Position numbers and translations under genes: made by a program. A stretch of 64,000 nt of DNA, taken from contig JBODTK010000014.1 in the NCBI GenBank assembly GCA_050613775.1, forward strand, positions 1,426,001 through 1,490,000. Reading direction: 5' to 3'. Shown here piece by piece: positions 37,987 to 52,533 of the stretch (positions are counted from its first letter, which is position 1; the number at the start of each line of letters is the position of its first letter). The notes beneath the pieces were generated by a model. It was not told the DNA's origin. It worked only from the letters and a program-made list of their open reading frames with translations, and ran no database searches. The stretch is from Neocallimastix sp. 'constans'. Lineage: Eukaryota.

Positions 37987-38364
37987 TGCTTCTTTCCATT
38001 CTTCACATTCTGGTGAATTAATAGCTTGTTGATATGTTGTTGGGATAATTTGTTTTTAATATTTAAAATTTTAAATCTTTTATTACTTTCTGATTGTAAT
38101 TTTTCTTTTCTGGAAGTTAAATTTTCTTCATTTGAATCATCTGAATTATTGCTATGTGATCTTTTATTGTTTATATATTTATGTTTTCTTTCATTTAAAA
38201 ATTCATTATCAGATTCACTATCATATTCATTTTCTTCTATTTTAGTTTCATTATTATTATTAATAATTTTGTTATTATTATTATTATTGTCATTATTATA
38301 AATATCTTTGCTGTTAATAATAATAATATTATTATTATTATTATAATTATTATTATAATTATTG

Positions 38365-38395
<31 letters not shown>

Positions 38396-40587
38396 TAAAG
38401 GATTATTTAATTGTGAATGAATATTATTAGTTTCATTAATATTTCCCCCCAATTAAAGAATCCTTAAAATTAATAATAGAATCAATATATTTGTCACAAA
38501 AGAATGTAGTATTTATAGTTCCAGGCATATCTTCCATAAAATAAACATCTCTTGAAGTTAACTATAGAGTTAGTAGAAATATCTAAAATTTTGTAGCCAA
38601 GAGAGTCAGGTGCATATCCTAAAAATATACCAAGGTTTAGAGTTATTGTCAAATTTAATTCGTTTTTGGGATTGTTATAGAAAAATGCTTTACATCCAAA
38701 AACGTTAAGGTGAGAAATATCAACTGATTTTATTGAAAAATAATTCATTTTTGAATTTTATTATTAATACTCTGATGTGAATTCAAGTTATAGAGGTAAG
38801 CAGCACAAAGAATAGTGGAATCCCAAAACTTGTAGGGTAGCTTAGTAGAGCTTAATAGAGTAGATGCGTAACGATTAAGTGTTTGATTTAAGCGTTCAGC
38901 ACGACCATTTTGTTGTGGGTAACCAGGAACTGAATGAATGAAATTAATGCCGAAATTTTCTAAATAGGTAGTTTAAAGTTTTGTTGATATACATGGTACC
39001 ATTGTCAGATTTGAAATTATTAATTTTTATATGAAGTAGTATTGGAAATAAATTTATGAAATTTTATTTCCGATAAATATGTTAGGAACATCATATTTAT
39101 TCTTGATAGGGTGGTAGACCCAAATTTTTCTAGAGAAATCATCAAGAAAAGTAACATCACATAATAATTGAAATCATTATATGATGTTTCCAATTTTCAA
39201 TTTTCCAACTACATCAAGAATGAACGAGTTCCATAGGTTTTGGTTTTTGAAGCATTATTAGGGGAAGAGTAAAATGGTTTTTCTCTTTAATTTAGTGATT
39301 TTGCATTGGCGACCATTTTTATTCATTATGATGTTTAGTATGCTCAATGACAAAATCTATGATATCATTATTATAAATGTGTCCCAAAAGGAGCATGCCA
39401 CAAATTAGTATCAATGCTGAAAACATAATTCTTAGAAATAGTACTATTTGAAGGTATTGTATCAAAACCCGAATAAATTTTCATCATTCGTTAAAAAAAT
39501 ATTTGCAATTAAATTATTATTTTTGTATATTTGTAAACGGTCTTTGTTATTTTACGCGTTTCATTATGATAGTACATCCATTTTTTTTAATATTGAATGA
39601 GTGGAAATTAGATTATTTTGAATATTTGATGCGTAATAAACATTTGATAATATAAAATCTTTATTTTTTAAATTTACCATTGTATAGTATCTACATTTTC
39701 GACCTTGTCTAAATCACCAATTTGGATAAATGATATTTTTATTATTTACTTTATTTATATTGTTTAAATTATTGATATTATTAGTTAAGTTGATACCAAT
39801 ACCACTATCAATAAATCCAATGTATGGGATTATTATTATTATTATTTATTGTTGTAATAATTACAATTTTGAATTACTGAAATATTTCCTATAAAATCAA
39901 TGTATACTTCATCTTCAATTTCATTATTATTTTCAAAAAAAAAAAAAAATATTGTTATTATTATTAGATTTATCATTATTGTTATGAATAATATTTCCAG
40001 AGTAATAATTATTTTTGTTATTATATCCTTTATAATAATTTTTATTTTTATTATTATTATTTTTATAATTTTTATTATTATCATCTGATTTACTTTTTTC
40101 TCTAATTAAAAGATTATATTTACAGTGATCAGTAGAGTGACCTTTAGTTTTGCATAGATAACAAAAATATTCGTTACGAATTTTATTATAATTATTATAA
40201 TTTTTATTATTATTTCGTTTATTTCTATTTATAGTATTGACATTTAAATCGTTTACAACGGTAGTAATTGACCTTAAAATGTCGACTTTTTCAAAAAAAG
40301 TCATGCCTTTTGTTTAATTCTTTAATAAGATCATCAAAAGTTTTATAACTATAAAAATTGGTGTTGAATTTATACCAATTCTATCTAATTCATTTACTGC
40401 AAATAAAAGTTTAGTTTCCTCATCAAAAGGAATTCTTTTTTCTTGGTTTATTAGATTCAAATTTATGTTGTTCGAAAAGATTGTTTAATTCATTAATATA
40501 TTGAATATAGTCATGGTTTATTAACTTAAGATTAATAATTTTTATATTCAAGAATATTTAATAGTGCTTGGCCAGATGGATAGAAAC

Positions 40588-40633
<46 letters not shown>

Positions 40634-41425
40634 CTATCAATCATACTATAAGCAGTTTTACATCCTCGTGTAAATATTCTTGGTTTGATTTTTCTAAACT
40701 ATTTATTATGATAGATTGAACCGCATTGTCTGATTTTATTTGACGATCTTGTTCATATTTGAATATTGGATTTCTTTTTCAATATAAATAACCAAATCAT
40801 TGGCAATGAGATGTCTCTTTAAAAGGCTCATACCAATCTAAGAAATTTTCTTTATTTAATATGAAATCTTTAATTTTCAAAAACAGATTTAGTTAAAAAT
40901 TTCAATAATATATATATTTATGATAATCCTTTAATCATTGGATTCCACATCTTCATATGAAGAAATCAATTCATTGTCCTTATTATGAGTTGGATTCGAT
41001 GAACTCGAACTCTCCTCAAAATGATTATTATTACTATTCTTTGTTTTAGCCATTCTTTGAAACATTAATATAAAAAATAATTAATTATATTGTAAAATCA
41101 TTAAAATCATTAAATACGTTTTAAAAATTAAAATTAATAATAGGTCTCTTGATATAAGAGACTCTTAATCTGTTAAGGAGTCAATATAAGATATGATATG
41201 ATGTGTACACAACAAATTGTATTTATTATTCAATTAAATTTTATATTATTATTTATTAATTTATATGATTTAATACAGTATTTAAAAAGACTCAAAATAT
41301 TAATTTCATAAAAAAAAAAAAAATTTTCTTTTTATATTTTACATATAAATTATTTACATAATCAAATATTATAAATATTTATAATACTTTAATGTACAAA
41401 AGTTTTATTATGTTGAACTTTAACA
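37987..41425 (-). mobile_element. Decayed, 3'-truncated Ty1/copia LTR retrotransposon (5' LTR, gag, protease, integrase; no RT/RNase H)
   Basis: Gag knuckle CYLCKTKGHSTDHC (~40130-40165); protease WIY/DSGIGINLTN (~39800); NLWHA..GH (~39390); integrase VTFLDDFSRKIW, FKSDNGT, PGYPQQNGRAERLNQTL, HLNVFGCKAF, GIFLGYA..SLGYKILD. The PR-then-IN order indicates copia; many frameshifts. Confidence 0.92.
41171..41425 (-). repeat. Putative 5' LTR of the copia element
   Basis: Bounded by TGTTAA...TTAACA. On the minus strand it is followed by GATTAAGAGTCTC (PBS-like), then the probable gag ATG at 41053. Confidence 0.65.
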
Positions 41426-41450
41426 AATAATATATTAATATAAAAAAAAA

Positions 41451-41513
<63 letters not shown>

Positions 41514-41732
41514 TTAATCTTTATTATAAATAATAAAATGTAAAGTATATATATATAAAAAAAAAAAGTGCTTATATTTATATGAAAATACGTCATCATA
41601 ACTATCTTAATTTTAATTCATTATGATTATCTTTTTTTTTTTCTGTTTTTTTTTGTTTATTGTTGTAGTTGTTCTGTTTCTGTTGTTGTTTTTAAATTTA
41701 AAATATAAATTTTTACTAAAAATTAAAGTTAA

Positions 41733-41795
<63 letters not shown>

Positions 41796-42162
41796 AATAA
41801 TTAAAAATTCGTTTAATTTTTTCTTTTTCATAAACTACTTTAAAAAATGATTAAAACCTGTTTTGATATTACATCTTTTAATTATATAAACTTATTATTT
41901 TTTATTTTTTTTTTTTTTTTAAATATATATATGTATATTTATATATTTTATTATTAATTCATTTTTTTATAATATCATCAAAAATTAAATTATTCATTAG
42001 TTTATATATATATATATATATATTTTTTAAAAAAAAAATCTTAATACTTTAAAATTATTTTAATAATTATTAACTCCTAATCATTTATTTTTTATTTTTA
42101 TTTTTTTTTTAATTTTAAACAAATTAAGAATTTTGTGTAACACTTTATTTTATTTAAAAATT

Positions 42163-42206
<44 letters not shown>

Positions 42207-42442
42207 TTATAAAATTTATTTATTTATTTTTATTTTCTAAGAACATAAGATATATAGATCTATATATAATATTATATATATAATTTAAAAAGTATCGCTT
42301 CAAATAAAATCAAAATAATTAAAAACAGAATTAAACTATTTAACTGATTCCTATATATATATACTTTAAATGATATCTTAATCTTTATATATATATAATA
42401 AATGTTTTCGAATTTTTTTTTTTTTTTTTTTTTTTTTAATTT

Positions 42443-43178
42443 CTAGATAAGTTCACCAGATTCTTGAGATTGTTTAGTGTAGTTCATTTGATAATCATCC
42501 TCTTCAAAATGAGTAGATGGGAATACTGATATAATATCTGTACGGGCCTCACTTTATATATATAAATAAATAAAAATAAAAGATAAAGTATAAAAAGTAT
42601 AAATAAATATATATATTAAAATATTTTAGTTTAATAATAAAATAAAAAAAAAAAAAAAAAAAAATCAAAAAAAAAAAATCAAAAAAAAAATCAAAAAATA
42701 AAATTAATAGTTTAATAAGTTATATATAATAATTTTTTATTTGTATCAAAAAACAAAAAAAAACAAACAAACAAACAAACAAACAAACAAAAAAAAAAAA
42801 AAAAAAAAAAAAGAAATATTTTACCCATAAACAATACTGAGTAAGACAATAAAAGATAAGGCAGGAGGAATTAGATTCATAGCAATACAAAGGAATTTTG
42901 AAATGTTAGCATAGAGAGGTGCTCCATTTTCAAAGATATATTGTTCCATAATACCCATAATAATGAAGAGAACGGCAAATGCAGCCATAATCGTACTACA
43001 ACTACCATTAATCCATCTCATCTTTTAAATAAAAATGTAATTTTTTTATTTTTTATTATTATTTTTTTTTTTTTTGTTAGTAAATATATATATATATATA
43101 TAGAAAAAAAAAAAAAAAAGAAAAAATAAATAAATAAATAAGTAAAACTTTATATATATATATTTTTTTTCTTTTAAC

Positions 43179-43235
<57 letters not shown>

Positions 43236-44931
43236 TTTTTTTATTTATTTACTTTTATTTTTTTTTATTCTATTTATTTTATTTTTAAATATATTTTCCT
43301 TTTCTTCTTTACCTTTAAAATAGCCATACGAATAGGAATAACGACATTGGATTTAATTTTTTTATTACGATACATGTCCTCCAAGGAACGTTGAGCGGCT
43401 CTATTCAAATTGAGACCGAAAAGAAGGAAAAGAATGAAAATGACGATACAAGCTATTCCAAAAATCATATACCGAGAATAGATAACATATTTATAATTTT
43501 TAATATCATCATTTTTTTCTTTATCGCTACTCGTATAAAAATAGTTTCTATCCTTTCCAACTAAATAGGTTAAGGTCAATTCAGCTGATGACCAAATAAT
43601 CAATAGAATAACAGAAATAATATTAACTACTCTTGGTCTTGGATAATAAAATTTTGAACCTTGATATCTTGGTGAAGCATTTAAACTAATTAATGAATGG
43701 AGAGGGGATAAATAAAAATAAATATAAATAAATAAATAAATATAAATAGATATATTAAATAAATAAGTTAAGTATAATAAATATATAGATATATTAATAA
43801 ATAAATAAATATATATATATATATAAATATATATATATAAATAAATAGATATATGAATAAATAAATATATTAATAAATAAATAAATCAATAAATAAATCA
43901 ATAAATAACAAAAATAAAAATAAACCATTAAAATTTTATTTATTATTTATTGATTGATTTATTAATAAATATTATCGTTTTTTAGATATATGTATTAGAA
44001 ATTATTTATATATTATTATTTAACACTTTATTAAAAAATTAAAGAGAGACATTAATATATATATATATACAATATAAATAAAATTTGACTTACGTTCCAG
44101 TTAAATATACTTGAATAGCAATTAATACAAAAATATATTGTAATTGGAAACTAAATTCCTGTACAATCATATTCTGAACAAATTCTGCTTTTAAAATTGT
44201 AATAGCATGGAAAATCATAGCTATTTTAAATATTTGTTATAAATTTAAATATATTGAAGCAAATATAAATAGTGTTTGATTATTATTATTATTATTATTG
44301 TTGTTGTTGTTTTATCCGAATAATTATCGTCATCATGGATAATTAATTATTACAATATTTATATATATATATATATAAAATTTTATTAATATTATTTATA
44401 TACAAAAATAAAAATAAAAAAAAATAAAAAAAAAAAAAAAAAGTTATTTCAAATTGATATAATATATTGGATAAATTTATATGTTAATCAATAGGTTTAA
44501 AACATTTTAAAAGTAATTTATAAGTAGATAAATAAAAAAGTAATTAATATACATATAAAATATTAAAAATTTATATATATATATGTATATATATAAATTG
44601 ATATTTATATTACGAAATATATATATATATATATAGAAATAAATAAAAATAAATAAAAATAAAACTTACTATAAGAATATAATAATAAAAAGATTAATAA
44701 ACCATCGATAGAAGCAATACCATAGGGTGTGATAAGATTTCGACGTTTGATTCCCATACGATAGATGATGAGAACAGAATCGAGAAGGGAGACACCGATA
44801 GCAATAACCGATTTAATGTAGTAAACGGAACGATAGTAGGCATCATCTTGACAATTATATACATTGAGATTCCACCTACATATATTTTTTTCTATATCTT
44901 CTTCTTGGAAATAATTATCTAAACTTGACAT
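42443..44931 (-). CDS. 7-transmembrane GPCR-like protein, paralog A; exons 44931-44670, 44220-44094, 43685-43313, 43021-42825, 42551-42443
   Basis: Four GT-AG introns join in frame; seven hydrophobic segments; exon-by-exon homology to paralog B; TAG at 42443-42445. Confidence 0.85.
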
Positions 44932-45160
44932 TATGATATTATTAAATATGATTACTGTTTTTACATTAATTATATATTATATACTGTAATTTTTCTCTTT
45001 TTTCTTTTTATTTATTTATTGTTATTTTTTGTTTTTCTTTTTGAATTTTTATGCTTTGAAATTTTTATTTGATAGATTAAAATCTATATTATATTACGAA
45101 GAAAAAAATTTTTTTCTTCTTTTATTTTTCTTTTTTTTATTTCTTTTTTCTTTTTTTTTT

Positions 45161-45192
<32 letters not shown>

Positions 45193-48139
45193 TTATTAAT
45201 AATAATAATAATAATTATTATTATTATTATTATTATTATTTTCAGTTTTTAAACTTTATTGTTTTTTTTTTTTTTTTATTTTATTTTATATTTTTTTTTG
45301 AATTATTATTAAATTAATTGTTTCTAGTATTGTTATTATTATTGCTTTATTGTTTTCTTTTCCCTAATTTTATTTTATAGAAATAATAATAATAATAATA
45401 ATAATAATATTGTATAATTTATATCAAAAAAAAAAAAAAAAAAAAAAACACTATTTTTTTCTTTCTTAATTTTGTTGTTTAATAATAATTTTAGATTAAT
45501 ATATTTAAAAATAATGGTTTAATATATTTAAAATTTATATTATAATAAAAGAAATTATATAGAGGAAATAATAATTAGTATTATATCTATATATAAAATT
45601 ATATCATTTTTTAAAAAAAATTTTATAAAATAAAAGAAATATTCATATTTTTTTATTATTATTATTATTTACCTTTTTCCTTTATAATTAAAAATATGAA
45701 AAAACTTATACAGATACTATATACAAATAAAAAAAAAAAAAAAAAAAAGTATATTTCTTTTTCTTATGTGTACTTTTGTTTTATTGTATACATATATTTA
45801 TAATAATTATATTATTATTAATTATTATTATTAATTATTATATATATAATTAAATTTAGAAATTTAATTTTATTATATATTTATATATTTATTTTTTTGC
45901 TTTTAACTTTTCAATGTTATCAAGATTTAAGGGTATTTTTTTTTTTTTTATTTTATTTTATTTTTTTTTTATAAAATAAAAGTAAAAGGTAAATATTATA
46001 ATAAAAAATAATAATATATGATATAACAATACAATGATAATAATAATAAGTAATAAAACTTTGTATTTTATATGTATAAATATATAAATATTATTATTAG
46101 TTTAAATAACTTACCGAAAATTAAAATGGTTCAACTCTTTATAAAAATAATTAATTATCTTTATTGAGTTTCCTTTATTATTATTTATATTTATACTTTA
46201 TTCTTAATTTAATAATTTTTTTTTTTTTTTTTCTTTTCTTTTCTTTATTTATACATTAAACCAAAAAAATATTTACCAAAATTGTTATTGTAATTTTCCT
46301 TTTTCTTTTTATTTTTCAATAATTATTATTATTATTAATATATATTTATGAAGTTGTTGTGATTACTTTCTATATCAATAGATAAATTTTAATTTATTTT
46401 TTTTTCTATTAATATTAAAACTTTCTCTTTTTTTATTATTTAAATATGAATTGTTTTATTTATTATAAAATTTCTTTCTTATATAATTGAGTTTCTTAAA
46501 TTAATTTTTCAAATAGATTATATATACATAAATAGAGATGGGTATTCCTTATTATACTCAATATCTATATTATTATTATTTTTTTTTTTAATTCTAAATG
46601 GTATATGAAAAAATTATATATATAATTACTGTATTTTTAAGAATTATATTCAAAAAAAAAAAAATTGTATCCACGTTTTTATTTTTTTCTTTCTTTATAC
46701 TTTTTTTTTTTTTTATTTGGGACGTTTCATAAACAATACATTATTATTTATAAATTATGATGTAAGAAAAGCATAAATTTCTATTTTACAAAAATATTAA
46801 AAAGAATTCTATATTAATAATAATGAAGATAATAATGATTGAAAAAAAAAAAAGCTTATTGAATATTTCGCTTTATATAATTTGATTATGAAAAAATAAA
46901 AAAAGATAATAATAAGAAGGAAAATATTTTTTAATTTATTATCAAAATAAAAAATAAAATATTTTTTCTTATGTTTTTTTTTTTTTTTTTATTTAATTTA
47001 AAAAAAAAAAAAAAAGAATGTTAATTGACAAAACAAAATAGTCAATAAAATTGTTGAAAGTTCTCTATTTTTTTTTTTCTTAATTAATTTTATTTTAACT
47101 TAAATTAAGAAAAGAATTATTTTTTTTATAAAAAATATATATATATATATTATTATATATTATTATATATTATTATATAAATAATTCAATATAAAAATTA
47201 ACAAAAAAAAAAAAAAAAAAAGAGAGAAAAATTTTTCTTATTAACTTTTTAATAAGAATTTTTCTTTTCAATTATTCTTTTATTTATTTATTTTTTTTTT
47301 TAGTAAATAAATAAAAAAAAAAAAAAATATAAAATATAAAATAAAATAAAATAAAGAAAATTATAAAAATATAAAAAATAAAATAAAAATAATAATAATG
47401 AAAAAGTTGCTTATTTTATTTATTTTATATATAAAATTAATTTTTATTATTTTTTATTATTTTTTATTATTTTCTTTATTTTATTATTTTTTTTAACAAA
47501 TAAAAAAAAAATAATTTAATATAAAAATTAAAAATTAAAAAAAAAATTAAATTTTTATAATAATTAAAGTTTATACTTAATAAAAAATAAAATTAATTAT
47601 TTAATTAATTAAACAAAAAAAAATAGATAATATATTTAGAATATATTCTAACTATATATTATTTTATATTAATAATTAAAATTTTTTTTATTTTTGTTCA
47701 ATATTGAAAATGTTTGGATTTGTGAAACATCCAAAAAAAGAAAAAAAAAAATAAAAAGAAAATTATATATTGAATTAAATGAATAAAACAAATAATAAAT
47801 AAATAAATAATAAAAAAGAATATTAATAAATAAATAATTAAATAATTAAATAATAAATAATTAAATAATAATTATTTTGTGACACATACTAAAAAAAAAT
47901 TTTTTTTTAAAATCTTTATACATCCAATTTTAATAAATTTTAAATAAATTAGAATCAAATCTAATATGTGGAAGATGAATGATTTTAATATAAAATATAT
48001 TAGTCAAAAAAGTTGATAATATATATAAATGAATAAAAAATAAACAAATAAATAAATAGTATTTATTTAAATGCATATATAATAATAATTTAAATAAATT
48101 AATACAATATTTACCATTTTTTTATTGTATTGTTGGAAC

Positions 48140-48440
48140 TAAACCAAGAATAAATACAATAAATATACATAATAAATATAAATATATATAATAAATATAA
48201 ATATACATAATAAATATAAATAAATAATAAATATAAATATACATAATAAATATAAATATACATAATAAATATAAATAAAAAATAAATATAAATATACATA
48301 GTAAGTATAAATAAATACAATAAATATACATAATAAATATAAATATACATAAGTATAAATATACATAATAAATATAAATAAATATAATAAATATAAATAT
48401 ACATAATAAGCATAAATATGCATAATAAATATAAATATAC
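48140..48440. repeat. AT-rich minisatellite (aaatataaatatacataat-like unit)
   Basis: Directly visible imperfect tandem units adjoining the LINE poly(A). Confidence 0.8.
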
Positions 48441-48441
48441 A

Positions 48442-49200
48442 TTTTTTTTTTTTTTAGACAGGGAAGAGAATGCACTTCCATAATTTTATTATAATATATA
48501 CATGTAGGCAAAAAGTACATTTGAAATTAAAAATAAAAATAAAAGTTAAAAAAATAAAAAATAAAAAAAGCTTAAAATTACTATGTATTTTGGCAAGTTG
48601 TACTATGCTGGAATTTTTCCCTTCCTAACAAATAAAAAAGTAATAAAACCTAGAAGTAACATCTTTATAGAAGATAGTGCAGTGTCCACTAAAACTCTCC
48701 CCGGATTCATCATTTATTGAATTACTAGGGCGAGATTCATCCTTCGTAGAAATAGATGATGATCCTGTATTGTCATTATGCCTTATCAGTACGACGTCGT
48801 CGCTTTTGGTTTAAGTTTGGTATTTTGGGAATACCTATCAAATAATAGCTCAAGCAAACTATTTACGAAAGGTATTACGCTAGTTAAGAATTCCGTCAAG
48901 CCCACAATTTTTTGGAACAGGTGACGCGGATGAACCTTTGAAAAGTAGTTCATTTAATTGTCTCCGCTCCCCTTCTATCGAAATGTAGCTCATTTAAAGC
49001 TAAAGTTTCACCAAGAAGGAACAAGTATATATAATGATTGATATAATCTTCAAAATCAGGAATAGAGTCATAGGAAGAAAGAGGGACTAAAACGCTCTAA
49101 TCTTACTAACAAACAAAACATAGAGATCATCCATAAAATTTAAAGAATTCCATCGAAAAGATACAAGAGTATTGATTACCTTCGACACAACAGGGGCAAG
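48442..49200 (-). mobile_element. Longest non-LTR family A 3' fragment (knuckle remnant, ORF end, 3' UTR, poly(A))
   Basis: Poly(T) followed by agacagggaagagaatgcacttcca; matches 1836-2240, 2810-2908 and 28505-28840. Confidence 0.8.
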
Positions 49201-49443
49201 TCGAAGTTCAACATCATCAATGTTATTAGATTTTCTTGATCATCAATGTTATTAGATTTTCTTGACTTGTTCTTTTGTTTTTTTTTAAGTTTATTACACA
49301 GGGACCAGTTAATTTTAGCTGTTTCAGGAATTTTTTTTTTTTTTTTTTTTTTTCTCTTAGGAAATTTAAAACTTCGAAAAAGTTGAAAAAATCATTTTTG
49401 TGTTTTATTAACCCTAATAATGAAGTACGAGCTCATACCTTGG

Positions 49444-49483
<40 letters not shown>

Positions 49484-50069
49484 AAAAAAATAAAAATAAA
49501 ATAAAAAAAAAAAAAAAAAAGCTTTTTAATCTATGGAATAATATTTCAATAGTAGTTAGGGATCTTACTAATTACTTGAGCCAATAGTTTACTAGGGGAC
49601 CAAGAATTTAAGGTCATGGATAAAAAATAAGGCTATAATTGTTATAATTGTTCATATGATTACCGAAGCAGTAGAAACCACGATGGAGAAGGGAATAGTA
49701 TTAACTTAAGCTAGAAGCATCCATATTTAGAGTTTATTGAGAAAAGATCTGACTAGATTTCTATTTAATGTGAATTGAATATAAGGATTGTATACCAAAG
49801 AATTATATATAAAATATTAACATTTTAGGTTTACTGAATAATAAATAATAAACAATCCAATAATGGAATAATAGTTATTATTGTTAAAATAAATATATAT
49901 AATAAAAGTTTTTAAATTATATATTAATTAAGAAATAAAAATAAAAATATAATAAAGTCTTTATTTTATTATATATATATATATATTTTTTTTTAAATAA
50001 TATATCTTTAATTAATTATACTTTTAATTATTTTATTTATTTATTTATTTTTATTTATTATTTTATTTA

Positions 50070-50123
<54 letters not shown>

Positions 50124-50564
50124 TGTTTTTATACATAAATTTCTTTTTTTTTTTTTTTTTATTTTTTTTTTTTTTAAAAATATAGAAATTTTTTTTTTCT
50201 TTTTTTATTTTATAATATAATAAAAAAAAAAAAAAATTAAAATTAAAATTAAAAAAAAAAAAATTAGTAATAAAATTAAAATAATAGAAATAAAATTCCC
50301 CTTTTTTATTTATACTTTCAATTTAATTTTTTTTTATTCTATTCTTTCCCCTTATATATATTATGTGATATATAATATATAAAGTGGTTTAAAGTTTATA
50401 ATTTAAAAAAAAAAAAAAAATATTGAAAATGAACTATATATTTATCATAATAAAATATTAATAATAAATTAATATAATTATCATTTTTCAAATATTTTTT
50501 TTTTTTTTTTGTTTTGTTGTAATAGTTTTTTTTTTTTTTATTATTTTTATTTCCTGTCAATTCC

Positions 50565-50606
<42 letters not shown>

Positions 50607-50918
50607 CCCATAATGAAACTATGATTCATATATATTGAAATATAAATTATTTATATTTATATTTATTTATCTATTTTTTTTTTTTTAATGATATATATGA
50701 TACATATATTATACATAGACATTATACATATGTATATATTATATATAATAAATTATATATATCTTTTTTTTTTTTTTTGGATGAAGGATACTTTTATATA
50801 TATATATTAGTGATTCCTTCTATTATTCTTTTTTTTTTTTTTTTTTTTTTTTTCAAATTAAAAAAATTGAAAAAAAAAAATGAAAAAAAAAAAAAAAATA
50901 ATAACAATAATAATTAAA

Positions 50919-51398
50919 TTATATTATATTAAATTGAATTCGACTATTTCGACTATTATTAGAGGAACCCTTTGAACTCTTTGATCCTTTTGATCCTTTG
51001 GTACTTTTATTAGAAGTTTTAGAAACACTCATACGATAATAGTCATCATAGTGAGTTGATGGGAAGATAGCAATGACTTCTGTATGTGCCTCACTAAATT
51101 ATTTTATGTATAAAAAAGAAAATAAAAAAAATAAAAAAAAAGAAAAAAATTAATTTTTATGGTTGTCGTTATTTTATTATCATGGTTATAGTTTTTAATA
51201 TTGTTATTGTTATGAGAGGGTTGTTATGATTGTTTTTGTTGTTATTATTTATCAATTTTTTATATATAATTTAAGTAGTTGTAATTTAAGCATTTTTGAG
51301 ATTTTAAATATATCAATCATAGATATAATGATAAAATTATATATATATATATAAAATGAAAATAGATATAATAATAATATATATTATATAAATAAATA

Positions 51399-51434
<36 letters not shown>

Positions 51435-52487
51435 TATTATTATTATTATTATTATTTTATTAAATAAATTTATATATAAAAAGAAAAAATTATTATTTTT
51501 TTTTATACCCATAAACAATACTAAGTAAAACAATAAAAGTAAGAGCAGGAGGAATTAAATTCATGGAAATACAGAGAATCTTCGACAGCCAAGCCTTATA
51601 TACTACAAAAATTAAATTCTCACAGATGGCCATAGAGGCAAACACAGCACAAAAGAAGATCATAATAACGTAACAGGCACTATTAATCCATTTCATCTAT
51701 TAATTAATAAGAGATAAAAAAAAAAAAATATTGATTTCAATATATGTATATTTATTTAATAATTATATTTGAAAAATAAATAATAAATAATAAATTATTA
51801 AATTATAAATAATAAATTATCAAAAAATAAATTAATAACTAATATACTATTGATAAGAAATAAACTATGCATTTTTGAAATTGGAAATATATAAATATAA
51901 GAAATATATATATATATATAATGGGTATCTTTCTATCTATAATATTTAATTTTTATTTTTATTGTTTTTCTTTTTTCTTTACCTTAATAAGTGCAATGTT
52001 AATTGGAATGATGACATTGGGTCTCAATTTTTTGGAACGATACATATCCTCCAGAGATCGCTTAGCTGCATTTTTTAAATTGATACCGAAAAGAAGGAAG
52101 AGGATGAAAGTTATAAAACAAGCTAATGAAAAAGTAATGTAGGTGAAATAAGACCAAACGGTATACTGCAGTTTATATTTATTTAATATGTTATCTACCA
52201 CGGCTGATTTTGACTTATCGGAGGAAGAAGAACTCTTAAGAATAGTCGAATCAGAACTTGTATAGAAATAATTTCTGGAACGACCAATAAAATAAGTTCC
52301 TATCAATTCTATTGATAACCATACCACTAAGGCAGCAAGAGATATAAGGTTTGTCACTCTAGGTCTTGGGAAAATAAATTTAGAACCTTGATATCTCGGA
52401 GAAGCATTTAAACTAATTTAATATTTAAATATATATTAGGAATAAATATATGTATATATATAAACATTTATATATTTATATTTTATT

Positions 52488-52533
<46 letters not shown>

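Noticed and set aside
49200..49800. Slightly GC-richer segment that may be a coding or TE remnant
   Set aside because: No recognisable motif or second copy found by eye.
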